This document shows positions 28,615 to 43,299 of a stretch of DNA of 64,000 bases, piece after piece. The translations under genes and the position numbers were made by a program. This DNA is from Octopus vulgaris (taxonomy: Eukaryota). A model generated the notes under the pieces. That model made no database searches and was not told the DNA's origin. It worked only from the letters and a program-made list of their open reading frames with translations. How positions within the stretch are numbered: position 1 is the first letter of the stretch; each line of letters begins with the position of its first letter. The DNA lies in assembly GCA_951406725.2 (NCBI GenBank), contig OX597814.1, positions 38,006,001 to 38,070,000 on the forward strand, in the 5' to 3' direction.

Positions 28615-29067
28615 ATGGAGAGACGGCGGGAGAGATATGCAGTGATATACATCTGGAAGATCCTGGAGGGTCTTGTCCCGAATTTTGGCATTGAATGTAA
28701 CCGCAGCAGCAGAACGGGGCACTACTGCATGGTGCCAAAGATCCCAACATCACCATCAAAATACAGGGCCAGACATTTGCGTTTCAGGGGACCACAACTC
28801 TTAAATATCCTTCCTAAATGCCTGAGAGACCTGCATAGCGTGAATGTGGGTTTCTTTAAAATTAAACTGGATCTCTTCTTGTCAGGGGTTTCAGATGAAC
28901 CTACCTCTCGGCAGGAAATACAGATGCGGGCAGCGGCGTCGAATTCCCTTGTTGAACAAGTGTCACGTATCAGAGGTAGTTTCACATACTAGTGTAGCTC
29001 ATTCAACGGTGGTGCCACAGCACGACCGCAGCTTTCTGGCTGAAGCATTTTTAAGGATTTAAGGATA
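28615..29067 (+). mobile_element. CR1-type LINE 3' end
   Basis: ERRRERYAVIYIWKILEGLVPNFG..FKIKLDLFLSGVSDEP; tail tttaaggatttaaggat; related to 56660-57523. Confidence 0.85.
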
Positions 29068-29118
29068 CATATAAATGTACAAATAAATTTACATATACAT
29101 ATATATGCATATACATAC

Positions 29119-29150
<32 letters not shown>

Positions 29151-29249
29151 TTACATATACATATATATTTACATATATATATGCATACATATATATATGG
29201 ATATATACATGTATACATGTATTTACACACTCATCTATATATATATATG

Positions 29250-29282
<33 letters not shown>

Positions 29283-29384
29283 TACAAACACTCACACCCA
29301 CACATATACACACACGCGCGCACACACATACACACACACATATATATGTAGAAGTTTGAAAATTAATACACGAGTTGTTATGTA

Positions 29385-31030
29385 TAAGCAAAATAAGAAA
29401 AGGTAGAAGATGCTAAAATAATTTTGTTTGAAGAACGTTTTGGTACTGTTTTGAGTCTTTGTGGGTGTTTCAAAACAAGAAAAACACTTAAATAGCGGAA
29501 AAATTAAATGAAATGTTTGTGTTTGTTAAATATTTCTATAGATTTCAAATGTAAGAGACATTTTCCTCTTTTTTTTTTTGGTGGGGGTTCGGTCTCTGTC
29601 TCTGATTTTTACTCATGTGAGGTCTTGTTAGTGGGTAGGAAGTACTAGTCGTCCTAATATCTGAAATGAGTTATTGGCTTTGATTTTTTTAAGCATTAGT
29701 AATAACTGAGAAAAGGGGCGACGAAAAAGATGGAAAAGAAGAAAAATAAGAGGAAGACGAAGAAGAAGTAGAAGGGTGGAGGAGGATAACAACCCACCAT
29801 CATTAATTCATATAAGCTTTCAGCGTGCCTTGAAAATCATCATCCATGAACTGTGGCATCCCTTTTTCAATCAAAGGTCCTACCTTATATCTCCATGCAC
29901 AACTCACTTAATGATGAAGCCTTTGACACCTTCCTTTAGAAAACTACCCTACTAAAAATGGACGACAGCATGAATTTAATACTCTAAATGCACACTATCA
30001 TAAAGAGCAAAAGACAACCCAAATTAATGAAAAGTTTCCTAACACAAGTTCAAGTACGCTCGACAATAACGCTGAAGTCGTCAGTAAAAGAATGCGGAAG
30101 ACCTAACTTTGGTATATGTTTCAACCTAATTAAGTGATCGGCGTTCTCTTTCAAACAGGATCAATGTTTTACAGTGAAAAAACAACTTCACATGTGTTTC
30201 GGATAACCTAATATATGTATTAACTTGCTCTGGGTATCGAGGGCAATAGATAGGCTAAACCAAAAGCAAACTACGTCAAAGGATGTCTCTACATAGGTCC
30301 CAGATCAAAATTCGGGAATACAGAAAAATAGCATTCGGCAAACACATCGACATTTGCGTCACTAAACAAACAACCCAGCTTCAGAATTTCCCCCACTTTA
30401 AATTCAGGGACGATGCAACCTGTAGTCAGCATATTAGTAAGGAGTAATTTTTATCACAACATATAAATCCGTTTTGTATGCATCCACCACAAATGACACT
30501 ATTACAAGGGCCCTAGATTAATACCCACCCATACATTAAAAACGATATATTCAGAAATCCAAACAGTAACTACCCATGAATTTATTCAGAACAATTCCAA
30601 TCACTACTATTTCAACGACAACATTTCACTTTTAGGTCACTCGACCGTTTAAGCGGAATCTACTAACATACTACTCCTGCATTTTTATTATTCTTTCTCT
30701 TCTTCCCTTACTCACTCTTCTTCTTCTTCTTCTTCTTCTTCTTCTTCTTCTTCTTCTTCTTCTTCTTCATCTTCTTCTTCTTTTTCTACGCTAACTGCTA
30801 CCAAGATCTCACATGAGTAAAAAAGAGAGACAGCGACATACAAAAAATAGGAAAATGCTCCTACATTTTAAAACTATGGAAATATTTAAAAAAAAACATT
30901 TCATTTAATTTTTCTACAATTTAATTATTTTTCATTCTTTGAAAAAGTCGCAAAGTCTGAAACCGGTACTAAAAATGTTCTTCATGATAAAATTATTTTA
31001 GCATTTTCTACCTTGCTTATTTTGCTGATA
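29385..31030 (+). mobile_element. Decayed Neptune-like PLE: inverted pseudo-LTR (29385-29790), ORF remnant with GIY-YIG, 3' pseudo-LTR (30690-31030)
   Basis: From 30181: NNFTCVSDNLIYVLTCSGYRGQ*IG*TKSKLRQRMSLHRSQI..FGKHIDIC. The flanks are diverged reverse complements of each other ((GAA)n vs (CTT)n, gctaaaataattt vs aaattattttagc). Confidence 0.8.
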
Positions 31031-31041
31031 TATATATATAC

Positions 31042-31134
<93 letters not shown>

Positions 31135-31140
31135 TATATA

Positions 31141-31330
31141 GGGAGAGTTTACGTAATAAACAAAAGACGAAGACAGGTGGTGTACAAAACAAACAGATGT
31201 ATTAGTATAACGCTCAGGAATAGAAAAAGTCTTTTACGTTTCGAGCCTACGCTCTTCTATAGAAAGGGACAGGAAAAACAAGGAGAGAAACAAGGAGAGA
31301 AAAATGTGTGTAGTGGCTAACGATCTATCA
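31141..31330 (-). mobile_element. Pseudo-LTR-like repeat with a variant HHR (31231-31266)
   Basis: Reverse complement homologous to 41020-41235; cttt CTATAGA a-gagc-gtag-gctc GAAAC GTA aaag. Confidence 0.7.
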
Positions 31331-31365
31331 TATATATATGACTCTAATATGAATTTAAATGCGTA

Positions 31366-31582
31366 AGGCATCTTGCTGGCAGAATCGTTAGCAGAACTTG
31401 AAAGATACTTAGCTGCATGTCGTTCATCATTACGTTGTGAGTTGAAGTCCTCATGAGATCGAGTATGCGTTTCGTTCTTCCTGTGCCGATAAAGCAAAAG
31501 CAAGTTGTATATTAAACTCTTTGTAATTCAATTACCGCCTCCACGAAAATTGCTGGCTTTGTACCAAAATTTGAAACCAATA
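31366..31582 (+). mobile_element. SINE family C, near full length, degenerate
   Basis: ctggcagaatcgttagc head and aaaattgctggctttgtaccaaaatttgaaacca tail. Confidence 0.55.
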
Positions 31583-32394
31583 ACAATTAAAATTCTTTTG
31601 TTTGACTTTTTAGTAAGAGTTTCTACATTTTGTGAATTGTCGCTCTCTATATCTTTTAACTATGAAGTCGTTTGGTCCAGGTCCTATATAACTTTTTATA
31701 AGTATAACTTTTGATCAGTAGTATGAATTTTAATCATGTCTTTTCTTCCTTATTTCAGCACTTGTTACGGATATTCTCACTTTAGTATCTCTTGTCAATT
31801 TCTCCAAAATAGTGTCATTTCATTCCACACTTCTGAGAGTTATAAATCTCAAGAGGCATAATATATTAAGTAAATAACGAAATTCCTTGAAAATCAATTC
31901 CAAATGTTTACATCTATTATGTTCTACAGCATGTGGCTGAATTGTTTCACCAATAGACTAAGGCTATACATCATGGTTGATTGTTGGAACAACTAACTTG
32001 TCTAAGCTTTGGAACGTGTGTTACTCCTACTGGTGGACCTGAAAGTGTGGAAGTGCTTTGTCTTGACGAGATAAAGTTTCGCCCAATATTAACTACCTCA
32101 ATTTTAAATCAATAAACGGTCGCAAATCCTTCCTGCAAGTATACATTACGTAGAGCATACCAGGAAGATGAATTTCAAAATATGCAAAATAGAGAAACGA
32201 AATAAACAAAAGAAGTGAAAGATAGTTTCCTTATATTCATTTTATCTGTACTCAAATCTAATGTAAAAAGTAACACCGGGATGTTTTGAACAAGATTTTC
32301 TATTCAAATCATCTCATACGTTGAATTTGCATACATTTTATAATGGTAGAATGCAAATAACTATGTGGATTCTCGCACTCACAATTTCCATTGA

Positions 32395-32750
32395 CTTATT
32401 TTGTTACTTGAGACACCACCTTCAAGAATTTAGTCGGAGAAGTTACTATTTTTAAAACTATATTTTAAACCTGTTTATCGGCCAGTTGTTGCTTAACTTC
32501 TAGGCTAAAACGGCATAAAAACACAAAGACCGTTTCTCAAGCTGTAGTGAGAACATGCACAAACACTACGCACACGCGCGCGAACGCGCACACGCATATA
32601 TCCATATTTATATATGACGTGTTCCTTTCAGTTTCGGGCTACTATATCTACTTACGTGGCATTCGTCGAGGCGAGGTTATAGTAGAACACAGTTGCCCAA
32701 GGTGCCACGCAATGAGACTAAACCCGAAGAAGTACTGACGCCTCCGCGAA
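32395..32750 (-). mobile_element. SINE family A, degenerate
   Basis: ctttcagtttc..gaggttatagtagaacacagttgcccaaggtgccacgcaatgagact. Confidence 0.65.
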
Positions 32751-35481
32751 TATGCGTTAAAATATTTTAATAGAAACTGAAGCCGAAAAATTTGAAATAA
32801 AATATAAGGACAGCACTTAATATGCATATCGATACATTAGCATATAAAAAAGGATATGTCGATTTTCCAGAATCGCTGCCTCATACGACTGCATGGAGTT
32901 CATCGTGAATTCACATAAAAAAATCTTTCTGAAAAACTTCCCAAGATGTGCCACCTTTCCCAAGTTGTGCACCGATTGAAAAAATTATACGCAAATAAAT
33001 GTGACATGTCCTATGGCTCTTGAACTTCTACCTTCACTGATAACTGCCAGATATGAATATTCTGGAGTGTATTAGTCAAGCAAGCCAACAAATCAGGATA
33101 GTTTTGTGGATCACATATAAGTACTTTTGCGTTCTAATCTCATTTAGAGAACTTAATTGCAAAAACGAAAGAGATAATTATCATAGAAACTATTATTGAT
33201 AAAGGACGGCGAAACATTTCTTCATGGATTCTGGGGTTCAGTTAAATGTCAGCCCCGATATATAATTTCAAGAATCACTTCGAACATTTGGATGAATATC
33301 AACAAACTATTTCCTTGGTCAAGCCGTAGCCTCTCCACAATGTTGTATTCTCTGCAGCATCAATCAAGAGAGACGTCGCAAGCTATCAGATATATGTTCT
33401 GAAATGGACTGATAGTCCTCACCTTGTCCCGTTGATGACAGTTTGTGATGTGATTAGGGCAACTCCCTTATAGTCAAATGAGATAGGAAAATCTTAAATT
33501 TCGAAAGCTTCCAAGATGATTTCACAAGAACTGAGCCATAATACCTTCCGTTATGGTTAATCATTTCAATTCCACAAAGTGAGCTTGCATATATCCACCT
33601 ATGCAAGTGCCAGGCTTTCCACTTACTGACTTTCTCTGATAAGTTTTTGAGCAACTTTTTTGTTTCTTCATTGATCGATACCACACCCATATATATTTCT
33701 TAACAATATAGTTAAGCGATGAAGAAAAAGAAAATCCCGAAACGTTTACCCATATTTTAAACACATACTAATGCAGACTATAATGTAATTCACGAACAAA
33801 ATGTATTATTGTTATTGTCAATTAAAAAAGACGAAGAAAGAGAAAAGCAGGAGAAACACGAGAAGAAATGGAATGATCATCATGATGCAATCTCCGTCAT
33901 GGTCCCAATCGTCATCATTGTCGTCGTTAGCATAAAAAATATCATCAGCATACTCATCATTAACATTGTAATTATTCTCATCACAAGGGATTGCTTAAGA
34001 CGAAATTTTAAGCTTGAGGCAAGCAAATCATTAGAAGGTTACAAATTCTCTTTGTTATTACTTTTATTATGCATGAATTGCTTGCTGCAAGCAATTTAGT
34101 TATACTACTACGGCATAAAACTGAATTTCTATTTAAACTTTACAATTTATGTTCACATGCAAAAAAAAAGCGTTATTCAATTTTGTGTGCAGAGAGATTT
34201 GAAAGAAAAATGATTTTTTTTTTTTTTTTCAGCAGGTGAAACTATATAATATTCATTTTCCTCCTTTAATATGCTTGCAGAAAGTCCAAATTGACGAGAT
34301 TTTGCGTTGCCTCTATCAAGAAAGCTGTAACTGTGAGGTGTAAGGAATTGAGCTGTCAAGAAAGAAAACCTAAAGCTGGGCCTTCACATATGGTGTGATA
34401 AATTTGTTATCATCCACTGTTCTGACAAAAAGAAGCATTTGCATCATTTCTAATAGAACGTGTAATAATAGCGATAACAACAGCCGTATAAATTACAACA
34501 ATGCCATCGCTTTTAACAATCTCATTAGAGCGGATTGTAACATTAATAACAAAAACTACAATATGCTAATACCGACTCTCATTCTATGTGTGTCAACAGT
34601 GATATTTGCAAAATAATAAGCTGATATTTAGATTAAAGGCTAACCAGTTATAGGAGTAACGCGTTTATCAACACAAAATGCAATCAAGCATTTGAAGTTT
34701 GAAACTTGACATGTGATAGCTCATATTCAGGCATTGTTTTATCATGAATACGAAACCGTTTGATAACGAGGGAAAACTTTACATTAGAATTTCAGGTGTC
34801 CATGTCATCAGATTTTAAATAGACAATGAATGCTAATGAAATTTTGAAACTTCTGGTGCCTCCTGAAGCACCAATTCATCTCAGCACACCAACAAAAGCA
34901 TGAAATAAGATGCACAATATCCGACACTCCTTCCATGACTATAATTCCGTTTTTAGATAATTATAAACCAACAAAGCAATAGGATGAGCAAGAGCGGCTG
35001 CCACAGTCCTATATCAGAGGATTACATTTGACGTAAACAAGGGGACACTGGCGTAAAGCCGAACCGCGTATTATGCTCATCAATTCGAAATTACTTCAAA
35101 ATGAGTATGGCTGCATAGAAACTGAATATTTGACGTAACCATTAATAATCCTATATATTCTATTATCAATACAGAGTTTCGTTCCAAAGGGTAACTAAAA
35201 TACCAACGCCAAATAGCCTCATCTACAACACATTGATGGCCTCTATACGACGACTATATATTGCATCAATAACTACTTTTCTATATGTCGGGCACAATGA
35301 ATAAAGTGCATCATATTCGGAAGGTGTGAGGTGCCAGCTACAGTAGCCATAAACAATTCCCCACTGGTCGCCTTTCTGCACTGAGTACTGTTTAAAATAC
35401 TCGCCTGAAACTATCTTGTGCATGCAAATTTACTGAACACCACATGTATTTACATGTATTGTACCAGTGAGTGTGTGTGTA

Positions 35482-35520
<39 letters not shown>

Positions 35521-35576
35521 TGTACTTGCATAGCGAGTGACTTGATCTGAGATCGTGTACTGAAGTGGAAACATTT

Positions 35577-35748
35577 GCTGCGTGGAAGGGGTTTATAAGC
35601 CATTTAAGAAACACACAAAACAGTTAGGTTCACTTCAACATTTATATTTAATTCGTCAAAATATTTTGACACATTCAGTTTAAATGTTGAAGTGAATCTA
35701 ACTGTTTTGTGTGGTTCTTAAATGGATTATAAACACCTTCTACGTTGC
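35577..35748. repeat. Imperfect ~170-bp palindrome; a related family member is at about 54110-54270
   Basis: Centred on gtcaaaat|attttgac; arms cgtggaaggggtttataagcc.. and ..ggattataaacaccttctacg. Confidence 0.85.
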
Positions 35749-35815
35749 AACTGTTGTGTACCGTTGGCGATTCTTTTCTTCCGTCTTCCCTTCTCTGGAT
35801 CTTTCCTTTTCCTAT

Positions 35816-35850
35816 GTTTCTGACGAAAAGCTCCGCTTGAAACGTAAAAC
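35816..35850 (+). ncRNA. Minimal type I hammerhead ribozyme, intact core, in pseudo-LTR 35752-35955
   Basis: gttt CTGACGA a-aagc-tcc-gctt GAAAC GTA aaac: helix I gttt/aaac and a loopless palindromic ACGT helix III typical of PLE HHRs. Confidence 0.75.
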
Positions 35851-36293
35851 CCTCCTTCTTCCCTTCCTTCCTGAGCTTCCAATAATACTATATTTGCTCC
35901 ACGTCCTCGCGTTGTTGCGTTTCTCTTTGTGTTTTCATTTTTGGACTACCTTTATATAAATAGATAGATAGATATAGAGAGATAGAGAGATAGATAGATA
36001 TATGTGTATATTCAAATATATATATATATATATATATATGTACTTACGTATATAAACTAACCGGGATACATTGTGCTGCTCTGGATAAAAATGAGTTAGT
36101 TTTCTTATCTATGTATGTACGTAGGTTTAGAATTATTCAAATATCTCTTTCGTTTTCAAATATTAACAATATAGATCTCAATTTTCAAAAAAATATAAAA
36201 CCATTATTAATTTTGTCAAACTCCCTTTTCAGTTTCTAAGACAGAAATATGGACGTAATAAAATGTTTTTGAAGTAATATTATGTGTCTACGT

Positions 36294-36330
36294 GAAAACT
36301 GTAAACCAATTTTTGGGCCACCTTGTATAT
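36294..36330 (-). mobile_element. Possible Tc1/mariner-type terminal inverted repeat remnant
   Basis: Minus strand TATACAAGGTGGCCCAAAAATTGGTTTACAGTT; no partner TIR found. Confidence 0.35.
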
Positions 36331-37271
36331 TTAGAGATAGATAAATATACAGATAAATATATGTAATATACGTGCATATATATACACGTATATCTGTGTA
36401 TACGATAGGGTATACATATGTCTATGCTTATATATAAATATATATATATGTATATATACATATATATATATTGAGAGAGAGAGAGAGAGAGCGAGAGAAA
36501 GATAAAATGAAGGGGATATGTTTCTTTCCACATTCGTTTTTATCACTTTTTTTAAAGCGTTTAACTTGTCCACTGACCATTCTATTAATACTTGAAAGCT
36601 ATGAGTCTCTCGTTTCAACTTTGCGCACTGCACATTTGCAATCTACAGTCAAGCATCATTTGCTTCTACAGAAATCAAGACACTGCCGAGTGATGAATTA
36701 GTAAAAAATTTGAAATTTTCGTTAATTTCCGAGTGTTAATAATATAAATCATGTCAATACATTTATTTCTGTGACATTTTCGCCATTATTATCACGTCGA
36801 TTGCCGGCATTAATCTTGAGTCAGTGGTAAAAACAGTTATTTATTTGGCTTTATTTATGTGTTTTCTTCATTAATTTTTTCCCTTTAATCAAAATAATTA
36901 ATCAATTCAGAAAAAAAGAAATTAAGAACTGCTTTTCAAATTAATAATGCAGTTATAAAATGACGATATGTGAATTTGTTATAAAGCCACGCATTTTGCT
37001 TGAGGTGTATTAAATCGACTAATGAAAAAATCCTGGGAGGAAAAATGCAAAGCTGAGAACAGAGAAATTTCAATTCAGATTTTAATATGAAATAACAATA
37101 CATTGAAACTTATATTCTACAGCGTACTACTAATGCCCTACCAAAACTGTTTACATTTTATCATACTAGTGTCAGTCACTAAAAAGCTTCCATCAGTTGA
37201 GTACCTCTTCTTGTCAATCACATCAATCCTGAACGCATAGATACTTGTCTAACTATCTATCTATATATCTA

Positions 37272-37348
<77 letters not shown>

Positions 37349-37821
37349 GTATATACATTTAGGAACAAATGTTTGTTTGAAGTGGCCAAGCAAATGTTAT
37401 ATAACTTTCTATATATCTCAATAGATAGACAGCAACTAAATATTTACATAGATATTATTATTATTATCATCAACTTCATTATGATCATCATCGTCATCAA
37501 GAACATCACGATCATTGTTATCTTATTATTATAAAATAATTAACTGTAATAAAAATAAAAATTGCCGGGAAGAATTGAAGCAATTTTTATATTTTCAATG
37601 AATTGGTACCTTATTAAAGGAGTTTCGGATTCTTATGTTACCGCAACGCTGGAACCTCGTATATACTCAATTGTAATTGTTAAATAATTCGAAAATGTAA
37701 GGATTTGTGGGACTGGCTTCAACATTTGCTGGCCACTTATAATATCATTACAATTTTATTTACTACTGCTACTACTACTACTACTAGCACCACTACCACC
37801 ACCACAACCACCACCACTACT

Positions 37822-38180
37822 TATGCGATGTATTCGCAAATAAATACAAGGAGACTTATAGTGGAGCACCAAAAAACGAAATGATATTTAGATATAACTC
37901 CTATCGCTCTAGTTTCAGAAACAGAAGTAAAGCCAACAGTACCGGACTTAGTAGTTATATTTGGGAACTGAAAGGCAATAATATTAACTATTGTTTCGAA
38001 TGGCGTATCCTAGCGAAAACGTATTCGTATAAAATTAATAATAATCGATGTAATCTTTGGGTAAATGAGAAATTCTTCATCTTAATGGCCAAATGAGATT
38101 TACTTAATAAACGAGTCGAGAAAAAATAATTTTTTTGTTTGTATAAAGATAAATTCTTATTCTTGAAATATCGCTAAGTC
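37822..38180 (+). mobile_element. Naiad/Chlamys-like PLE GIY-YIG C-terminal remnant
   Basis: ETYSGA..FRYNSYRSSF..TGLSSYIWELK..EWRIL..RCNLWVNEKFFI..*DLLNKRVE matches the YIG..RY..H..SF..T.LS.YIW.LK..W.IL..C.LC..EK..LLNKR.E pattern. Confidence 0.75.
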
Positions 38181-39636
38181 CTACTTAGTCTTTAAATATC
38201 GATAATCCCTACTTTAAAGGTTATTAGCGGATCTGCTTAACCTCTTATTACCTCCCCTAATCATACCACTTAGCACTACTCAACCTCACTGCACTTAATA
38301 AACCAAATGTCCCGATTAACCAAATATATATGTTTATTCTACGTAGTGCACTAGCCCATTCTCTTCGTATATTTTAAATTGACTTGATAGCTAGACGACT
38401 GACTCATATTACACGTTATAATTTTCTATTGTTTTTTTATGTTTTTATGTAATCTTCAGCACTTTCTATTTTACAGTTCTGTAGTTAAGAGAAGAGGAAT
38501 TATGTACAATATTTGCATTATTTAAAATTGACGGATATAATTAACTGGCAAGTCTTATAAGTGACGGTAGCTACAGCAAAGTAAAGGAGACCCTACTTTG
38601 AAAACAGAGAGTAAGTTGTCACGGATCTTGATCAAGAATAAGGATCACTTTACACCAATGAAGTACAGACAACTGACTCAAAACTACAATAAACTAGCAC
38701 ACATGCACGGCCATCCTCAGATTCACAAGGATTGTATTCCATTAAGACCTATAGTGAGCTGTAGAGGTTCAGCATGTCATCCACTGAACCGCTTCGATGT
38801 GGATATAATCAATCCATTAGCAGGAAAGTCAACATCTACGTGAATAATTCCACCCACTTCACAGAACTGATCAACGGATGGTGAGTATAGATGTGATAAA
38901 TCTATTCAACAAAGTCCCAACCGGTGAAGCACTATCGTTGATTCAAGAAAAACTAGTGACAGACACCCATCAAAAAGGGCGCATTAGTACACCAGTAAGA
39001 AACTTGATAGAAATGTTGACCGTCTTTGTAGAAAACACCTACTTCAGTATGGACACTGATATATATATATCGACAATAAGAAGGTTTAGATATGGGTTCG
39101 CAATTATCAGCGATAATAGCCAATATATATACATGGAATGATTTGAGAATTTGGCTTTAGGATCAACACCACTAAAACCAACCATATGGCAGCAATAATT
39201 TGATGAAACCTTCATACTCTGGCCCCACCAGGAAGATGTTGAAGTGATGTTAGATCATGTGAACTCAATAATACCATGCATACAGTTCACAATGGAAAAA
39301 GAAAAAGACAATCAGCTAGCCTTCCTGGCCGTATTAATAACAGGCACCTCATATGGATTCAGGATATCCGTATTCCGCAAGCCGACCTTCAATGGACGAT
39401 AGCTCAACTTCGACTACCACCATCCATGCAGTGTAAAAAGGGGGAATTGCTCAGTGCCTAAAACATCGAGGAATGAATATAAGTAGTGATGGTGATAACT
39501 ACCACGAAGAACTGAGGAAGCTCAGTAACAATCTATTAACCAACAACTACCCCCAAAGCAAATCTTCATTCCAATTATGAAGAAAAGATGGGATAAAACA
39601 GATAAACTGTTCACAGTCTGTCTACCCTATGTGAAA

Positions 39637-39702
39637 GGCATCTCCGAAATGATATGCGGCCTCTCCGAAAAGATATGCGGCCTCTCCGAAAAGATATGCG
39701 GC
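39637..39702 (+). repeat. 3x 21-bp tandem duplication inside the PLE ORF
   Basis: ggc(a/c)tctccgaaa(t/a)gatatgc repeated three times; single copy at about 21453. Confidence 0.9.
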
Positions 39703-40158
39703 CCATATAACACCAGGACTGTATTCAAAAGTAATACAATACTTCGCAAATAAATCCTGCGTGTAAAACCACCAATAGAAGAGAAAATTACTAATAACTG
39801 CGTCTACTCCATCCCATGCAGCTGTCGTAGGTTATACACAGGCGAAATATACCCTCCCTCAAAATGAGAGTGGAGGAACATCGCAAAGCGGTGGCACGGA
39901 GCTTTCGATAGATCTGTTATAGCTGATCATGTATGGAAAAATGGAAACCACCTCCACCTGTGGGATGAACTTAAAATAATAGACAGAAAACACCAGTATA
40001 AAATACAAAAACTACAAAAAGCAGCATAGATGCTAGGACACAACAACCTCCTAAGCAGTCTGAATGCAGATATGAACAACATATGGGAATCGGTAGTAAG
40101 GAAGAATAAGAGAATATTAGATTTATAAGTCCTAAAATTCACTCCATAATTGCCCACA

Positions 40159-40227
40159 GGCATATGGCGTAGTGATTAAGTGCGTGGCTACTAGCCCCAA
40201 CATTCCGCGTTCGATTCCAGGCAGAGA

Positions 40228-40229
<2 letters not shown>
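40159..40229 (+). promoter_or_regulatory. tRNA-like Pol III head inside the PLE 3' region
   Basis: A box TGGCGTAGTGA (40165), anticodon-like arm gtgg CTACTAG cccc, B box GTTCGATTCC (40209). Confidence 0.65.
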
Positions 40230-40263
<34 letters not shown>

Positions 40264-40879
40264 CAACAACATCGAAAACTACCTTAAGAATGAAAACCCT
40301 GATGAAAGCTGAAGGGTATATCAGCCGAAACTTTGTGTTAACAACAAACAAAATATAGATACATATCCGTCAATTGTTAATAACGTATCTTGTATTTTTC
40401 ATTTTTCCCTATACATAGCCAATATGTACACACTATATCGTACACATTTTAATAACCTTCTCAGTTTCTACTAGTGCTTCCATGGTAATCACAGGAACTA
40501 ACATAGAAGTCACAAATTAACGTTATTTATGTCCAATAACAACAACAGATAGCTCCACCAGGTATAACTTATTCAGCTATTTACCACTGGTCAATTAGCC
40601 ACTGTCCCCACTTAATGCCATAGCCATCGAATGAAATAATCTACTGACAAGTGGAAATATGTAAGTCACTAAATTGTAAGGCTAGTGCATTAACGAACCC
40701 TTTACTCGTTCTCTTTGTCTTTGCTTTCCTTCTAGACAAGCATCCTGAAGATGTTTATTAAATCTGAGGTAAATGTGGATTTACCCCATTTTAATAAACA
40801 GAAACAATGCCATTAAATCACCAATGATCGACCTCTCATTTTTAATCATTGTTACATTTCTTATTTTTCATTCTCTCTC

Positions 40880-41235
<356 letters not shown>

Positions 41236-41310
41236 TATATATGACCATGTGTGTATCGTTGGCGTTTTCCTTTATCCGTCTTCCCTTCTTTGGACCTTTC
41301 ATTTTTCTAT

Positions 41311-41346
41311 GATTCTGACGAAGATTTCTGATCGAAACGTTAAATC
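41311..41346 (+). ncRNA. Minimal hammerhead, core intact, in pseudo-LTR 41245-41400
   Basis: gatt CTGACGA a-gat-ttctg-atc GAAAC GTT aaatc. Confidence 0.6.
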
Positions 41347-41397
41347 CTCCTTCTTTCTTTCCTTTCCTGAGCGTCCAATAACACTATACTTGTTCCA

Positions 41398-41965
41398 CCC
41401 ACATCTCAGAGATTTCGGGGCATTGCACAATCGTGTGCAGAACGGTTTCCTTGTCCTGCTCGCATCTTGGGCTCGTGGGTGCATTAGTGGCACCATGCCT
41501 TGCGAGTTTATGGCAAACTGGTAAACTCCTCGGTAACACTTCCAGGCCAGGGTTCTTTGAAATTCATGCAAGGGTATTGTTCCGAATGTCCTCCAGACTG
41601 TTATTTCATCCTCATGAAAGCCTAGAATCTCCCTCAGGCTGTCGTCACATTTAGCCTGTACAAACCTTCTACAGAAAGATGGGGTGGAACCCCACCGCTG
41701 ATGTTGCCCGTATGACAGAGAAACTTGAGTGCCGTTTGTCACTCTGATAGCCTTGCTTCCAACTTTGGTCTACACTTGATCAAAGTCCCCAATTCACTCA
41801 CACTAATAATTTCAGGAAGTAAGGAGCGACCGAACGGATCACACATGGTCATCATCCAGGTAGAACCACAGATGCCTCAGCCTGAGCGCAAGTCTGCACA
41901 TCGCACATCAAGAGCCAAGGCTTCCCTAGCTCAAACTTTAGCGGGGGTTGGCAGCAGACAGAGTA
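41398..41965 (-). mobile_element. L1/Tx1 ORF2 C-terminal (zf-RVT) fragment
   Basis: FQRTLAWKCYRG/LPVCHKLARHG..SPRCEQDKETVLHTIVQCPEISEMW. Confidence 0.8.
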
Positions 41966-42147
41966 CCTTACAAGAGGACTCCTTATTTCTTTATTACCCA
42001 CGAGGGGCTCAACATAGAGGGAACAAACAAGGACAGAGAAAGGGAATAAGTCGATTACATCAAATTAGTTAGTACCTAGTACTTAATTTATCGACTCCGA
42101 AAGGATGAAAGGCAAAGTCGACCCGCATGGAATTGTATATATGTAGA

Positions 42148-42223
<76 letters not shown>

Positions 42224-42390
42224 ATATGTATGTATATATATGTATATATGCATATAAATATATGTATATATATGTGTGTATATATATATATATATTTATA
42301 TATGTATATATATATATGTGTATATATATACATGTATATATGTATATGTATGTATATATATATATATATATGCATATATATGTATATATA

Positions 42391-43299
<909 letters not shown>

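Larger units (their letters stand above)
38545..40390 (+). mobile_element. Decayed Penelope/Poseidon-like element (RT, GIY-YIG, tRNA-like head, HHR)
   Basis: HGHPQIHKDCIPLRPIVS, MVSIDVINLFNKVP, IQFTMEKEKDNQLAFL, CVYSIPCSCRRLYTGE; same family as 21010-22195; HHR core at 40299-40331. Confidence 0.9.

Noticed and set aside
33180-33760. Coding-looking segment on the - strand
   Set aside because: Stops in all frames and no motif I could assign; possibly an old transposon.
39637-39702. CRISPR-like short direct repeats
   Set aside because: No spacers; a simple tandem duplication in a eukaryotic retroelement.
40159-40229. Functional tRNA gene
   Set aside because: The acceptor stem does not pair, the ACT anticodon is atypical, and it is embedded in a PLE. 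Treated as a tRNA-derived head.
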